Shown piece after piece: positions 13,575-26,589 of a DNA stretch of 64,000 nucleotides; positions within the stretch are counted from its first letter, which is position 1; each line of letters begins with the position of its first letter. This stretch comes from Marsupella aquatica (taxonomy: Eukaryota > Plantae > Marchantiophyta): assembly GCA_973895155.1 (NCBI GenBank), contig OZ316893.1:23334015-23398014 (forward strand), in the 5' to 3' direction. The notes below the pieces were generated by a model. It saw only the letters and a list, made by a program, of their open reading frames with translations, ran no database searches and was not told where the DNA came from. The position numbers and the translations under genes are program-made.

Positions 13575-14050
13575 ATCTCCTTAGTATTTGATAAAATTTG
13601 CCAATGTTTGATTCATTGGAAAATTCAAGATCAAGATTTAGAAACTCGTGATCTCTTTAGTAATGTCTTGATAAAATCTCTCAATGTCACTCATTGGAAA
13701 GCTAGAGTAAAATTAAAAACTCATCATCTCCTTAGTACTTGACAAAATCTATCAATTTTAGGTTCATTGGAAAGCTAGAGAAATTTAGATACTCATGATC
13801 TCTCTATTTCTTGACAAATAATCTCAATGTCACACATTAGAAAGCTAAAAAGATTGGAAACCTCCTGATCTCTTGAGTACCGTGACAAAATCTGACATAA
13901 AATTTGTAAATGTCAGACTCAATGTTAGAAAGCTAAAAGAATTCATGAACTCATAATCAAAATTTCTTATACTAACACTCATTGGAAAGGCAAAGATATT
14001 CAAAAACTCATGGAACTTGACAAAATTTGTCAATTTGAGGCTCATTGGAA
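13575..14050. repeat. Degenerate minisatellite of about 60-80 bp
   Basis: Recurring CATTGGAAAG(C)TAGAG...AAACTCATGATCTC...CTTGACAAAAT units. Confidence 0.65.
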
Positions 14051-17000
14051 ACCCATTCTCGATTAAGAGATATCACAATCTCGTCACCACCACAAACTTA
14101 GCCGCTACAAATTGATTTCTTGTATTACGTCACCATTGCTTGTCCACAATGCTTGCTTCCCGACTTGAATTGTTCGCATCTCTTAGATAGTCTTCAACTA
14201 AAGCTCACTCTAAACACAGGTTGACGCCAAATGCAGTCTCTATGTCAAAGAAACAATTGTTGGTCTTCCCCTCACACCATAGCTTTCTTAAATAAAAATA
14301 ACTACAAATCCTTTGTTTGAAGTGATGGCTTGTTCGTTTTGTGTGTTCTTCCCACCAAATTGACAAGCGTTCTTTTGCCAACAGCTGAGTGTTGTGCTCT
14401 AGTCTCTCTTGTGGCGGTAATGGTCAATGTAACTCACAAACAATCAATCAAGAATGATTGAAAGATGATTTCTCCAATGTGTAAGCAAAACCTATAAGAA
14501 AACTCAAAACCGTTGGTAACCGTCTTGATGAAAATTGATTTCACTTAATCACACAAACATTCATTGGATGAACATGGGGGTCCATGGATTAATTTTCATG
14601 GCTCCTTTGTAGGTCACTTTTTGGCCTTGTGCCTTATTTGGTTTGTGGTTGGGGACCCCTTGGCTTGTTTTTCTTGAGGCCCTTTCCCTTCCCCTAGAGA
14701 CTAAAATAATGTGTTACAACTCCAAAATAGAGCACCTTCATTGGATACTTTTGATATAGTATAGCATGTTCATCCTGGAACATGCTTGAGTTTTTGTCTT
14801 GTAGTGATTTGAAAGTAAATAAAATATGAGAACATAACTAGAAAGATTGGTGCTGAAAAGTACAATCAAGGATGCTAAGATGTGTGCACTTAATTCAATG
14901 TACTCATGAATGACATTCATTTCAATAAAAACTATAAACTTAGGAAAAAAAGACATGAGGGGAACTTAAGACACAATCAAAATCATTTTCTCATTCATGA
15001 GAATGTCCAAGTGGTGCAGCCATTCATTTCATCTCTAATAAATCACAAACATTAAAATTTATAAAGGGGCTGCCAAAATAAGTTCAAAATAATTTAGAAT
15101 CCTAAAAATTAAAAGGGTCCATAAATTAAATAAAAATAAAAATTAAAGGGGTCCATAAATTAATTAAAAATGTATACTATACACAGGCTGCCCCCTTGAT
15201 AAGGCACATTGAAATAAAAATATATGACACCAAAACTTTGAATAAGACAAATCTGAAAGGTTGATTCACCATTATAGCACTTTCAAAAAGTATACTAGGC
15301 TATGTAACATTCCAAATTAGTAATATTCATAAACTATGAGTATTTAAATTAGGCCAGGATCACACATGGTGCTCGACATGCTGCCCCTAAAATTGTACTA
15401 TATAAACGCTCAACTATGATGAGAGCACTAGAGGTATACATTTCTTGTTCTGGCCATTCATTCCTCAGTCAAGAACTCAAGTGAATCCTTAGTATCTACT
15501 CATGTGTCCATCACTCCTCACCAAGCAAGCTCATGTTTGAGGATCATTGACATGTCCATCACCTCTCAGCCCCGTTCTTCCCCGTTCTTGGCAGAAGGTC
15601 GATTTTTTCATTGTTGTGCATCTTGATTTTGATTGCAATACTTTTGCTTACACAAGGACTCACTTTCAGCCACATCCTCGTTCTGAATCACAAATGTTGT
15701 CATGTTGTTTTATCATAGGACTCTCAACTTGGATTTCATGCTTGCACATCTGTTTAATTGACAGAATAGCAGCTAGAGATTGCATGCTGGATAAGTTCTT
15801 GCAACCATGCATTTTAGTCGTTATTGTGTTTGCTAAGCCTTTACTAAAGCTAAATGTATTTCATACCTCACTTTGATTTGTCATTTTCATTTATACTCAT
15901 CTAAAATTTCCAATGTAGTCTCCAAGCTGTGCTGCATTTCACATTATAAGAGCAAACACACTGGTTTTGTGGCCCAGTGCTGCAATCAGTAAAAGTTTGC
16001 CAGTTGAACTCAAACCAGCATTGTTCCCAGGTCCACAGGGAAGTTTGTGTTGTACAAGTGCCTGGCAAAATTAAAGTGCCCCTGAAAAGTTACATCCAAA
16101 CAATAGGGAATGTCTCACCTGCAGTCAGATGTGAACATGTGGGGCCAGCATAGGCATACTAGATGTAGTTTGGCAGCACTTGCAAATCAAGTTTGGCGAC
16201 TTGGAAACTGCTCAAATATCATGGTCGGGAAAATGAAAAGCAGCACTGCCTGGGTGAGCTTTACAGATTGCTACCACTAGTGCAAGCCCTAAATCCAGCC
16301 TAGGTTGGGATAATGCATCATAAATCAAGCTTCCCTCTCACCCAACTGTGCTCAGATCCTGTTGAACGCCAGACCTCTCTGTTCCAGAAGTTCTTCATGA
16401 CTGCTGTAGTTTGGGTTTGAGCCGTCTGTTTGCCCTGGCAGAAATTTCGGTTCGAAAAAATAGCCAAGTAAGGTGGAGTTTCATCCTCTACGAATGGAAA
16501 GACACGGGCATCCATTGATCCTTCACGTGTTCATAGCTCTAGCCATGATTGAGAAACAAGGTCCACAACCGCATAGATTTACGGTATCCCAGTCACACTC
16601 ATACATTGGGTATGATTGTTTACAATATTAAGTACAGTACTACTATAGCTTGTATGACGCCAACACCTGCTGTTGAAAGGAGTTGCTCTTAACAGTCCGT
16701 GGGGCTACAAATTCAATGACCAGAATTTACCTTCTGACTTGACTGACGTACGCAAGGAAGGAGGACGACGAACAGGGAAAGGCCTCTTTCAAATTGTGGG
16801 GTAATGATTTGTTATGTCCTTAACATAACTGAAAACTACTGCTCGCGCCCAAAACAATCAAGGAATGCAAGCTGATTAACTCAGGAAGGTCATTCGACAG
16901 ATTAGCGATAACCAACATTCAAATCAAACTGAACATTTGAAACTAATAAGACACACAAAAATTATCAGCCAAACCGAGTGGCAATGACAAACTCACCAGT

Positions 17001-17960
17001 TCATCGATCACAGTTACATTAAGTAACATGCCCCAAGTTACGAACGGTGTACACAACTGTCAATATGCCATTGTGGCAATCCTCTTAACAAATTCATCTA
17101 GAACACTGCCAACTTACCGCTGTCTCCTGTCCACAAATCTGGAGAAAAAATAACCAAACTTCGAGAGGCCCAACTTCTAGAACATCTACTTCACCGATTG
17201 AAATTCTCCAACAGTGTCAAGTGTTGTGAAGGATGCCGTCTGAACGTTCAGAATTTTAGGAAGATCACATTGATTCCCCCCTTCCTTCCAGACAAGTGCT
17301 GTAACGAGGAATTGACAAAATGGGTAGGGAAACAGCGACAATCTGGATCTGAAGAAATGATGACTATATCATTGGAGGACAAAGTGAGCACATGTGCAGA
17401 ATGACGATGACACCCAAAATAGCTGTGCCTTAAATTTCAAGTCCGGGCGAACTTGTACAGTGTCTAGTGCTTATGAGTATTATGTCGAGGTCGAGGTCAT
17501 AAATCAAGCTTCCCTCTCACCCAAATCTCAATCAATAAATGCAGAGAGCACACTATACTAACTACAGTAGTCTGTGCTTGGATTTCATAGCACTGTCTAT
17601 CACAACCTTATGTTAATGAGAGCAACATTCCCGGATCGACTGGTTACAGCCATTTCTCTTCCTCTACTCCCTTCTTCTTAAAAGCCAAGATAATAGGAGG
17701 TTCACGTAATGTAAAACCACATAATCTCTGCACAAGCCTAGCAATATTTAAACTAGGCTCATTCAGAACTAATCTATTGGAGGGCAAAGTCTTACATTCC
17801 TAATTAATCCATATCAGCAACATTGCAGGGTTTCTTCTTGAGGCGTCGCCGAAGAGGCAACTTGTCCATCCAATCCAGAATTCCAAACACAAAATCGTAC
17901 TGCACTACCTGGCAAATGCAACTGAATGAGGTACAAGCAAGGGATCCGTCGATCCCCGGT

Positions 17961-19343
17961 CTAGGGGCCACGATATTTTATACACGGTAAGCAGCCATGC
18001 GGTTGAGAGTCCGTAGGAATCATGCCTCCTCCCTTGCTAGTGTCAATGGCTTCTATCAGCTGCACCACATGGGACATTTCAGGGCGTTTGTCCGGATGCT
18101 GATCCCAGCACTTCTTCATGACGTGTGCCAACGCGGTCGGGCAGCATCTGGGAATAGTTGGTCTCAGATTCTGGTGCACAACAGCGTGGGTCATCTCCGT
18201 GAAGCTGAGTTCTGCGTAGGGCATGTCACAGCAATAGGTCTCCCACAAACAAATTCCAAAGCTATAAACGTCGCATTTTCGGTTATAGGGTTTCCCATTC
18301 AACACCTCCGGAGCCATATAGCCCAAGGTTCCGGTCTCACCAGTCATGTCCTTGGGATTGGAAGCCTCCACCCGAGCAACACCAAAGTCAGCAATTTTGA
18401 GGTTTCTCTTGGTGTCCAGCAGCATGTTCTCACTCTTCACGTCCCTGTGGACGATCTTCTTCGAGTGCAAATACTCAAGACCTCGGGAGAGATCCAGAGC
18501 CAGCTGGATGACAACCTTGAAGGCGAGTTTCCGCCTCCGATTCCGAATGAGGTAGTCTTTGAGAGTCCCACCAGCGAGGTACTCTACAACAACGCAGCAG
18601 ATGTTGGATCCTACATGGACGTAGCCATCGTTACCACTCTGGAAGGACGGAATCTGTAAGTTGGATGACCCCATGGAAGCACCGATGAATCTTGTAACGT
18701 TGGGATGGTCCAATTTGTGCCAGACTTCTACTTCTTGCTTGAAGGCATTCCGGAAGGACTCAATTTGAGTTCTAGACATGGTATCCTCTTCACCCCAGTC
18801 CAGAAGTTTGACAGCAACGTCTTGCCCATCGTATACCCCCCGATGTACTGTGCCATACGTTCCCTGAGCAAGCATACTCTTGAGCATTAGCTTGGTAGGG
18901 TCAATTTCCCACTCTTCCATTTTCTTCTTGGGAGGGATCGCCATGTTGCCTGACTTTCCCCTGTGCAGGTGTTTCTCCAGTGCTGCATCCAAATCCGCCA
19001 GGTTCAATAGATCGGCTCTCACGTACCCGGTGCTTTTCTTTGATCTCCCTAATGGTGAATCGTCCATCGAGGCTAACTCTGCTACTCCTGACGGGGCCCT
19101 CCTAATTCCCCCATTCTCCTTAAGTTTCTCCTTCACCTGCTTCTTCTCCTTTTCTTTCTCTTTCTCCTTCTCCTTCTCCTCCTCTTTCTCTTTTTCCTTC
19201 TCCTTCTCTAATCCACCTTGCTCATCCGTCGGTTCCACAGTGACAGTGCCCTCACTTTGCTGCTGCTCCTGCTGCTGCACCGGTGGTGCATCTGTACTAG
19301 TGTTACTACCCGGAACCTCTGCATCTTCACCCTCCGTAGCCAT
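17961..19343 (-). CDS. Group-C Raf-like Ser/Thr/Tyr kinase (CBC1/CBC2/MRK1-like), single-exon CDS
   Basis: 460-aa ORF with all kinase subdomains (AQGTYGTV, VAVKLLDWGE, IVHRDVKSEN, DFG, GETGTLGYMAPE) plus clade signatures VRADLLNLADLD, CCVVVEYLAGGTLK, YCCDMPY and IDTSKGGGMIP. The N-terminus has an EK repeat. Confidence 0.95.
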   Translation of the reverse strand: MATEGEDAEVPGSNTSTDAPPVQQQEQQQSEGTVTVEPTDEQGGLEKEKEKEKEEEKEKEKEKEKEKKQVKEKLKENGGIRRAPSGVAELASMDDSPLGRSKKSTGYVRADLLNLADLDAALEKHLHRGKSGNMAIPPKKKMEEWEIDPTKLMLKSMLAQGTYGTVHRGVYDGQDVAVKLLDWGEEDTMSRTQIESFRNAFKQEVEVWHKLDHPNVTRFIGASMGSSNLQIPSFQSGNDGYVHVGSNICCVVVEYLAGGTLKDYLIRNRRRKLAFKVVIQLALDLSRGLEYLHSKKIVHRDVKSENMLLDTKRNLKIADFGVARVEASNPKDMTGETGTLGYMAPEVLNGKPYNRKCDVYSFGICLWETYCCDMPYAELSFTEMTHAVVHQNLRPTIPRCCPTALAHVMKKCWDQHPDKRPEMSHVVQLIEAIDTSKGGGMIPTDSQPHGCLPCIKYRGP

Positions 19344-20244
19344 ATTTACGTCTCGAGCTTCTGTTTCCCTGCTATGATGATCCTTCCCTCCCTCTTCCCA
19401 GATCTTCGTCTACACCTCCTTCCGTCGTTGGGCAATCTCAAAGCTTTCCAGTTCTCTGTCTTTCCTGCAGACAGATGCAAATCCTGCTGTTGTGAGTACT
19501 ACTTCCTTCTCTTCCGTCTTGCACTTCCCTTCCCACCTCTTCTCTTCTCTTCCCTTCCCTTTCCTTCCCTTCCCTGATGAGTGTCTGTCCTCAACTTTCT
19601 AACCGCACCTATACCTCACCTTCCCTGCAAACAACCCATCACGATTCCCTAAACTTCTCCTGCCACCAATTTGTTCAACAATGCTTTAACACCCCCTTCC
19701 GTTGGACAGAAATTCACTTACTCTACATGCCTTCACCAGCATCCACCTCCGTATCTACTAAGTACCCTGCATATCCATGTCCATCACAAGCAGTATACGC
19801 CCATCCATTCATGCACGGCGGGACCGTCCAACTGGCTCCTCAAGTCAAGCTCGTAGGCTCACATCTCCATCCTGCTTCGATCGTCATCATCACAACACCA
19901 CTCACCCTCTCTCCTGTCGGAGAATCTCCCGTCCCCCTCTGCCTCAATCACTCAAAAACGTCTCTCCTCCTGTGGAACTCTGAAGTGTTGGGAAGCATCA
20001 TCGTTAGGGTTCCTGCTCATCCACTGCTCCACCTTTCCTCGAAGATTAAAAGCCCGTCCGTGATTAGCATGTATGTACCCGAATCTCACTCTTCTTCGCG
20101 GTCTCTGTCGCTCTACTTTCTTTGCAAATCCATGCAAATTTGAAGCTCAACACAATGTCACAAATCAGAGCCCTTGAGAAACGAGAAGGAAGCCAAAGTT
20201 GCAATACGAAAACATCATCTTGGATTTCGTCTTCATGGACTGCA

Positions 20245-20315
20245 AGCAATCTAGAAACTTGTGCGAGAGACAGAGAGAGGACGAGCAATCTAGAAACTTG
20301 TGCGAGAGACAGACA
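20245..20315. repeat. 39-bp tandem duplication
   Basis: AGCAATCTAGAAACTTGTGCGAGAGACAGA occurs twice. Confidence 0.8.
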
Positions 20316-20667
20316 GGACGAGATGTCAGCAGGGGACGATGATAGCAACAAAATTGGCAGCACCCACAACGTCTGGCATGACCGTGGAGCTCCGTAGCAA
20401 AACAACAGAACGACGGATTGGGCTCGATCAAATAAAATCATGGATTTTGCGAAATGGGGACCAACGAGAGAGCATCATCTGCTGCTTCACTATCGGAAGG
20501 AGCTCCGTAATTTACGTCAGTGCCCTAAGGTCTAAGGAATTGATTCGGCTTGCAGAATCACATCTCCGAGTCTCCGAATCTCTGTGGGAGGTGCGCCTCT
20601 TTCCGATTTCGCTTCCGCTTTTTTAGCCTCAAACTGTTGGCCTCATTTTGACACATGTCAACTCACC

Positions 20668-20773
20668 ACTTGAGAATTCACCTTTCTCTTTGCTTCTGTA
20701 GCACAGAATGGACATTTTAAGCGATTTTTGTGACTTGAGAATTCACCTTTCTCTTTGCTTCTGTAGCACAGAA
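20668..20773. repeat. About 65-bp tandem duplication
   Basis: ACTTGAGAATTCACCTTTCTCTTTGCTTCTGTAGCACAGAA occurs twice. Confidence 0.85.
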
Positions 20774-21558
20774 GTGACATTTTTAAGGGGATTTTTAAAA
20801 ATTCCACCTGCCCATGTAGAAGGGGCCCATTCCCTGGCTAAGTACTCAGTCCTGCTCCTCCTGGTGAATAGTGTGCTGACCATAAAAATTGGAGCCCAAC
20901 TAAATAACTAGTGAAACTGAAGTGTGGACTGTATAATGAGAACTATGGGTAACTCTAGCTCTTATCCAGGTAGTTGTGGTTTAAGGTTCTTTTTTCTTTT
21001 TCCTGCCAACATCACCTAGTGTGGAGGACAAGATGCTAGGAATATTGTTTATCTAATTTTCTTAGATTAATCCATGACCGTTAGATCCCCCTGTATTTTA
21101 GGATGACGGTTAGATTTAGCTATGGGGTCTGTGGCTAGGTGGGAAGCTGGCTATTGTGGAAGACAGAAACTAACTAATTTTCTCCAAAGTAGCTAGGGTT
21201 ACTTAAAGAGGTGGAACTTAGGGCCAGATGGGAACCGTCTCACCACTTTCAATGGCTGTCAGAATCTGCACGGCCATTTGGAATGCTCACCGGGGACCTC
21301 TATTCATTGTGGAAGACAGAAAACTAGTTTCCCAAAGTGGAGAAGATTCTTTTTATAGATGTGGAATCTAGCCAAATTTTGGCATTAAAAAAGACCTGAG
21401 CTTTAACCAGCTTAGTTTTGTTTATTATGAAAGGCCTGATTACCCTTTACTTGAACATAAATGGAGATGAGGAGAGGAGACAAAAAAAAACCTTGCAGGA
21501 AAAAAGGAACCCCCCCCCCCCCTTATTTCATGTTTATATTTGCCCTATCCTTGTTGCT

Positions 21559-21720
21559 CCCTCACTTTCAGTTATGCCCTCACTTAGAGTTAGGGTCTAG
21601 AGGCATCACTCTAGACAATAGGCCCACCCTCACTTTCAGTTATGCCCTCACTTAAAGCTACAATCTAGACGCTTCACTCGACAATAGGCCCACCCTCACT
21701 TTCAGTTATGTTTTCACTTG
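21559..21720. repeat. Three-copy tandem repeat of about 68 bp
   Basis: CCCTCACTTTCAGTTATG occurs three times, two copies preceded by GACAATAGGCCCA. Confidence 0.8.
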
Positions 21721-24700
21721 CAGGTATGGTCTTGAGGTTCACTCTACGTCTAGATGGTAGGCCCAGGAAGTAGCTTTCAATCCAGCTTTATTAGTAAGAT
21801 GTTGGCATGGAGTAAGGTGGCTACTGCAGCTTCTGCTGCTTGCAATTGCCTAGGAGGTGATTTCTATATGTGTGTCTTGTCTACACAACACATGTAGATG
21901 AGCTTGTAGATTTTCTTACATCAGTGAGGAATGCCACTATATCTGGGGCTCAGGTAACCACTCCTACTTTCCCTGTGTAGAAGGTATTGTCTATTTGTGT
22001 GCCCCTGTGTCAACACATTTGTATGGGCAATTGGATTTTACTAGTGCGTGTGCAATCCTGATCTATTTGATACCCTTTATTTTAAATGTTAGATGGCTAT
22101 TTTACTTTATAAAGGGTATGAACCGAATTTAACCTTCTTTTACTTTGTTTACAAAAAATTTGGTCAAAACCATATGATAATGTGTATTTTGGATTCCATG
22201 TGGTTCCAACTAGAATTATTGTCTTGCCTTGCCCTGTAGGCCATTTGTGTTTGTGTCCTGTCAACACATGTGTATGATCCATAGATTTTCCTACATTTCA
22301 GGACTGCCATTAGGTCTTGGGGAGGTGGCCACCACTCCTTGCCTTGCCTTGCTTAGCCTGGAAAGTAGTTTATGTCTGGTCCTGCCAACACATGCTTATG
22401 GGCTGCCAGAGTTTTCTAGATTTCACGAGTGCCATTAGATCTGGTGATCCTTCCACCAAGGAGGTATTTGGGAATTCTTCCCTCCCAGAAGATTCCCCAG
22501 AAGATTCTTGACTTCTCTCTTTCTATTGGTCTCCAGAGAAGTAATATTTTTGTGTGGCCATTATATATTTTTAGATCTCAAAACTGCCATTAGATCTAGT
22601 GATCAGCACCCTCTACCACATAGGCATTTGGGAATTTTTGCCAGAGAGTTCCTGACTCTATTCCTATTGGTCTCCAGGGACGTAATTTACATTGTGGCCC
22701 GCCAGCACATGCATATGGGCCGTTAGATCAGGTGACCATCACCTTCAACTAAGAATTTATTTTGGACTTCTTGTCAGAAAAATCCCACCTTCTTCAATCC
22801 TCTGTATTGGTCTCTAGAGCAATTCACCAACCAAATAAGCATTTGGCAAGATTTACCAAAATTATAACAACTTCTGGCTTGAAACATGTGCATGAGAAAT
22901 GAGCAAGAAACACACAAGAACAAAGGCTACAGAACTAACATAATGATGTGTGAGATGATGTACTAGTAAAATAAGCTTCACCAGCCTGTTAGGATTGCTT
23001 AATGTGGGTTTTAATATGTAACCCCTATTGGATTTGGTCTACACAACAGAATGTTAATTTAGTAAGACCGTTGAGTGAGTCTGTATATGCAACCCTTGGT
23101 TGCTAATTTAATCTCGTCTAAAAGTTTTAATATCCTCATTTTCAATCTCCCTTAAAGTCCACTATTTCCCTTAACTAAAACTGGAGGATGGCAACCCCTG
23201 CTTAGTGTAAAGGTTTAGTGTTGGGAGATTACAATTTTAGTTAGAAAGGCTTCAAAAGAATTAAAGATGTCTAAGATTTGAGCTTTGATAACCTTTTGCA
23301 CAAGAAAATACTTAAGAAGACCCCTTTGGCATCTCTTGCACTTAACAATCCAGCAAGATGCCATCAAGACTTAACACGACTCTTGTAACTGCCCACCGTT
23401 GCCGGAATCTTGTTGGAGTGCACACAATAAGTCACGGTTGGTTGTTAAGTGTGCCTTTGACAGTTGGTAGACACAATATGTTTTAGCATAGACTTTAGCA
23501 GAAGATTTTAGGGAGAGAGTCTTGAACAGGGCTGGGATAGCCCAAAGTTCAACGCTAGAGGAGAGTTGATAGTTTACTATTTTGAATGAGAAACTTTGGC
23601 AGTTGATATCTCCAGTCTATTGAAGGAGGAAAACACTGCATGAACTTGTGTGGACATTGCTGGACCGTGGACATTGCTAGATCGTGGACGCTACACTTCA
23701 ATCATTGGATTGTGCTAGGTGACTCAAGGTACCAGTTATTTATGGAATCATGATTTTTGTTTACTGATTTACGGGCGCTCTCTCTATTGAAGGGCGCTTT
23801 CTCTATTCTGAAAATCCAGAACAGCCCAAGCTGATTGCCTACCTCTATTGATATTAGATCGCCCACTTAGAAGTGTGGAATTTTTTTAGTTAACAGGCTG
23901 TGAAGTGCTGTCCTTCTTGCGCGATGGTAGGCGATCAAGCTTTGCCATCAAATGCGAATCGCCAAAAATTACTTGCAGCAGGGTGCACCCTTTGTATTCT
24001 ATGGTGCCTTGAGTCATTGGTCTGAATTAATTGAGAAGAAAATTGACGTAGCTTCCCTCCACTGGTCCACGATAACGGACGATTCACAGAATAGGTCAAA
24101 ATTTGAGGTTGACATAATAAACCCTATATGCGATCATCTTCAATTCATGAGCATTAGTCTAATGCCCCAAAAGTGTTAGCTGATATTTGATTTGAGATTG
24201 AATGAGTGAGCCAGAATCAAGATGTCACTGGCGCGTGCCAATGTTTTTGTTGAAAGGAAGTTCGCTTTTGAGACTAGTTACTTTTCCAGCTCAGTGGAGC
24301 TTTAGAAACTAGTTGAGGACGATGGTCTTCCAAGACCTGTTTCAATCTACATTACATATCACGACATGTTTAGCCTTGATCTTACCATCCATGTCCATTG
24401 TTGACTAAAACTCCCTTTTCTTGCTCCCTTCCCCGACATTTGCTGTTCATGCATGGTACTGTTTAAAACTGACCCAGCCTGCCACTTGCTGTTCATGCTT
24501 GCCTAAAACGCCTCTCCAAGAGCCTTAGCTAAATCACTCCACTAAATCACCTCTACTCTGGTCCTAATTGTGCTGTACTACATGGTGACCTGATGTTCTT
24601 GTATGACAATGACTCATGATCTGACAAGCACTCCATAAGAACCTAGCAACGGTGTGCAGTCACAAGGGTCTGGTTAAGTCTTGATGGCATCTTGCTGGAC

Positions 24701-24959
24701 TGTTAAGTCCAGGAGATGCCAGAGGGGTCATGTTAAGTCCTTCTCTGCCTTTTGCAACCCCTCAAAAACATTATATATGATGCAAAATGCCTGCAAATAG
24801 TGAACTCCTCTCCTGCAAGATCATGGCCAGACAGTATACTCTCACAATGGATAGGGGCACATCTTAGTCTTAGCAATATTTTCATCAAATTTCAATCCAT
24901 GGAGGACCCACCAAAACCCAAAAGAGTCACCAGCTAACTTGCCACACAAAAGTTGAGGC

Positions 24960-25258
24960 CCATTGGCTTTAATTACAAGACTTTGGGGGCCGTTGCTTCT
25001 CTATTTTCCCTATGATATTCCATCTGGACCGTACAATGAGTGAAAATAGCTGTGGGCAGTTGGCTTTACAACAATTAGGTAGGCCATTGCTATTACCTGT
25101 GAGATTCAATCTGGACCATATAATGAGTGAAACCAGCTGCCGACAGTTGGTGTTACAAGAATTAGGGGGCCATTGGTTCTGTTAATTAAGTCAGAGATTC
25201 AATCTAGATCATATTATGAGTGGAAACAGCTGCTATGGGTTTATAAGAACTTGGGGCC
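24960..25258. repeat. Degenerate tandem repeat of about 85-95 bp
   Basis: ATCTGGACC...AATGAGTGAAA...AGCTG...TTACAAGA...GGGGCC occurs about three times. Confidence 0.65.
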
Positions 25259-25305
25259 CACCTGTTGACCAATTCTACATGACATGTATTAGAAAAGGTT
25301 TAATT

Positions 25306-25383
25306 GGTAGGCCACCGTCCAAAGTGGTAGGCCACCGTCCTTAGTTGTAGGCCACCGTCCTAAGCGGTAGGCCACCGTCCTAA
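25306..25383. repeat. 20-bp minisatellite, four copies
   Basis: GTAGGCCACCGTCC core at an exact 20-bp period. Confidence 0.9.
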
Positions 25384-26137
25384 ATTAGTGACTTAAATTA
25401 GACCATGAGTTGAGCTATGTTATAGGCACATGTGAGGGAATGTGTAGCATGAGAGAATACACAATATTCTTGTTTGACTTGACCAGGCATCCAAGGGGAT
25501 GCCACTCCATGTATAAAACCCCTCACTACTCAATGACATACACACCGCATTTCCACATTCTTGGGCTCATGGATTTCTAACAACATGTAGTGGACCCAAG
25601 TAAATCTGATCTGGAGTGTTGATTTTGTCTACAATTCTAAACCATGTCTAGAGATTGTCCAAACATTTCCAGACTTTGGCTCCCTTCATTAGAGTGATTC
25701 ACATTCATTGAACTTAATTTCAGAAGATTTTGGGTCTAGAGTCTATCTTTAGAACAAGACATGGCCTGCCAGTTTGTTTTGGGGAAAAAAGTTACAAGTG
25801 GTCCCTTCTTGTAAAGCCACCCTGAGGTGCTTGTCCACTTGGACAAGAGTGATCAAGAAGCTATGGTCAAGGTTTAAGGTTGCAACCATCAAGAGTTCAT
25901 TGACAATGATTGGTAAAACTAGGCTCACAAGATTTTCACTAATTGCTAATTGATATTGAATTTACTCATGTGATTTTCAATCATTGAATGAGGAATTCTC
26001 CCTCAACTTAAATATGCTCATGATTTTCAATGAGTGAAAATCATTTGATTTTCAATTTACTCAATGCACTATGATTGGAGAACTAGAGAGAACTAGACAT
26101 AGGATTTTCTGTATAAATAAGCATATTGAGATTCTGG

Positions 26138-26589
26138 GATTTACTAGGTTGCCACTGATTTTTTTCTATTTATCACAATGCCACTCTTTTTGTTTGTGGG
26201 TTAAGAAAATTAACTTAGGTTTGATCCTTCAATGGCTATCATCACACCCACTTTCCTAATCATACGGCCTGGGCCTTCCTCGAGATGACCTTGAACACCC
26301 TTGGGCTAGCTCCAGGGTGGGTCGGGTGGTCCTGTCTCCCCATCCTAGCATGGCCTCTATCTGTGCATAGCCCTTAGCCCCAGTTCTCCTCAAGATGATC
26401 AGAGTCACATTGAGGGGAGAGCCAGGCCATCTGATCATGAGTTTGGGTGTGATGACAACCATTGGATGTGAAGGAGCTAACCTGCATTAGTTTCTTAACC
26501 CACAAACAAAACAAGTGACATAGTGATAAATAGAAAAAAATAGTGGAATGGTATGATTATGCCAAAACAAAGTGGCAATCTAGTAAATC
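26138..26589. mobile_element. MITE-like element with long terminal inverted repeats
   Basis: The left arm (26138-26214, GATTTACTAGGTTGCCACT...TTTGTTTGTGGGTTAAGAAA) is the reverse complement of the right arm (about 26490-26589, TTTCTTAACCCACAAACAAA...AGTGGCAATCTAGTAAATC), which carries one insertion of about 30 bp. No TSD was confidently seen. Confidence 0.55.

Noticed and set aside
14100-15900. Gag-like and hAT-like peptide scraps
   Set aside because: No diagnostic motif survives.
17997-20143. Plus-strand ORFs of 165-220 aa
   Set aside because: Antisense shadows of the kinase CDS and its low-complexity leader.
25306-25383. Repeat with short variable spacers, superficially like a CRISPR array
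   Set aside because: The spacers are only about 6 nt and related to each other, the context is eukaryotic and there are no cas genes. It is a minisatellite.
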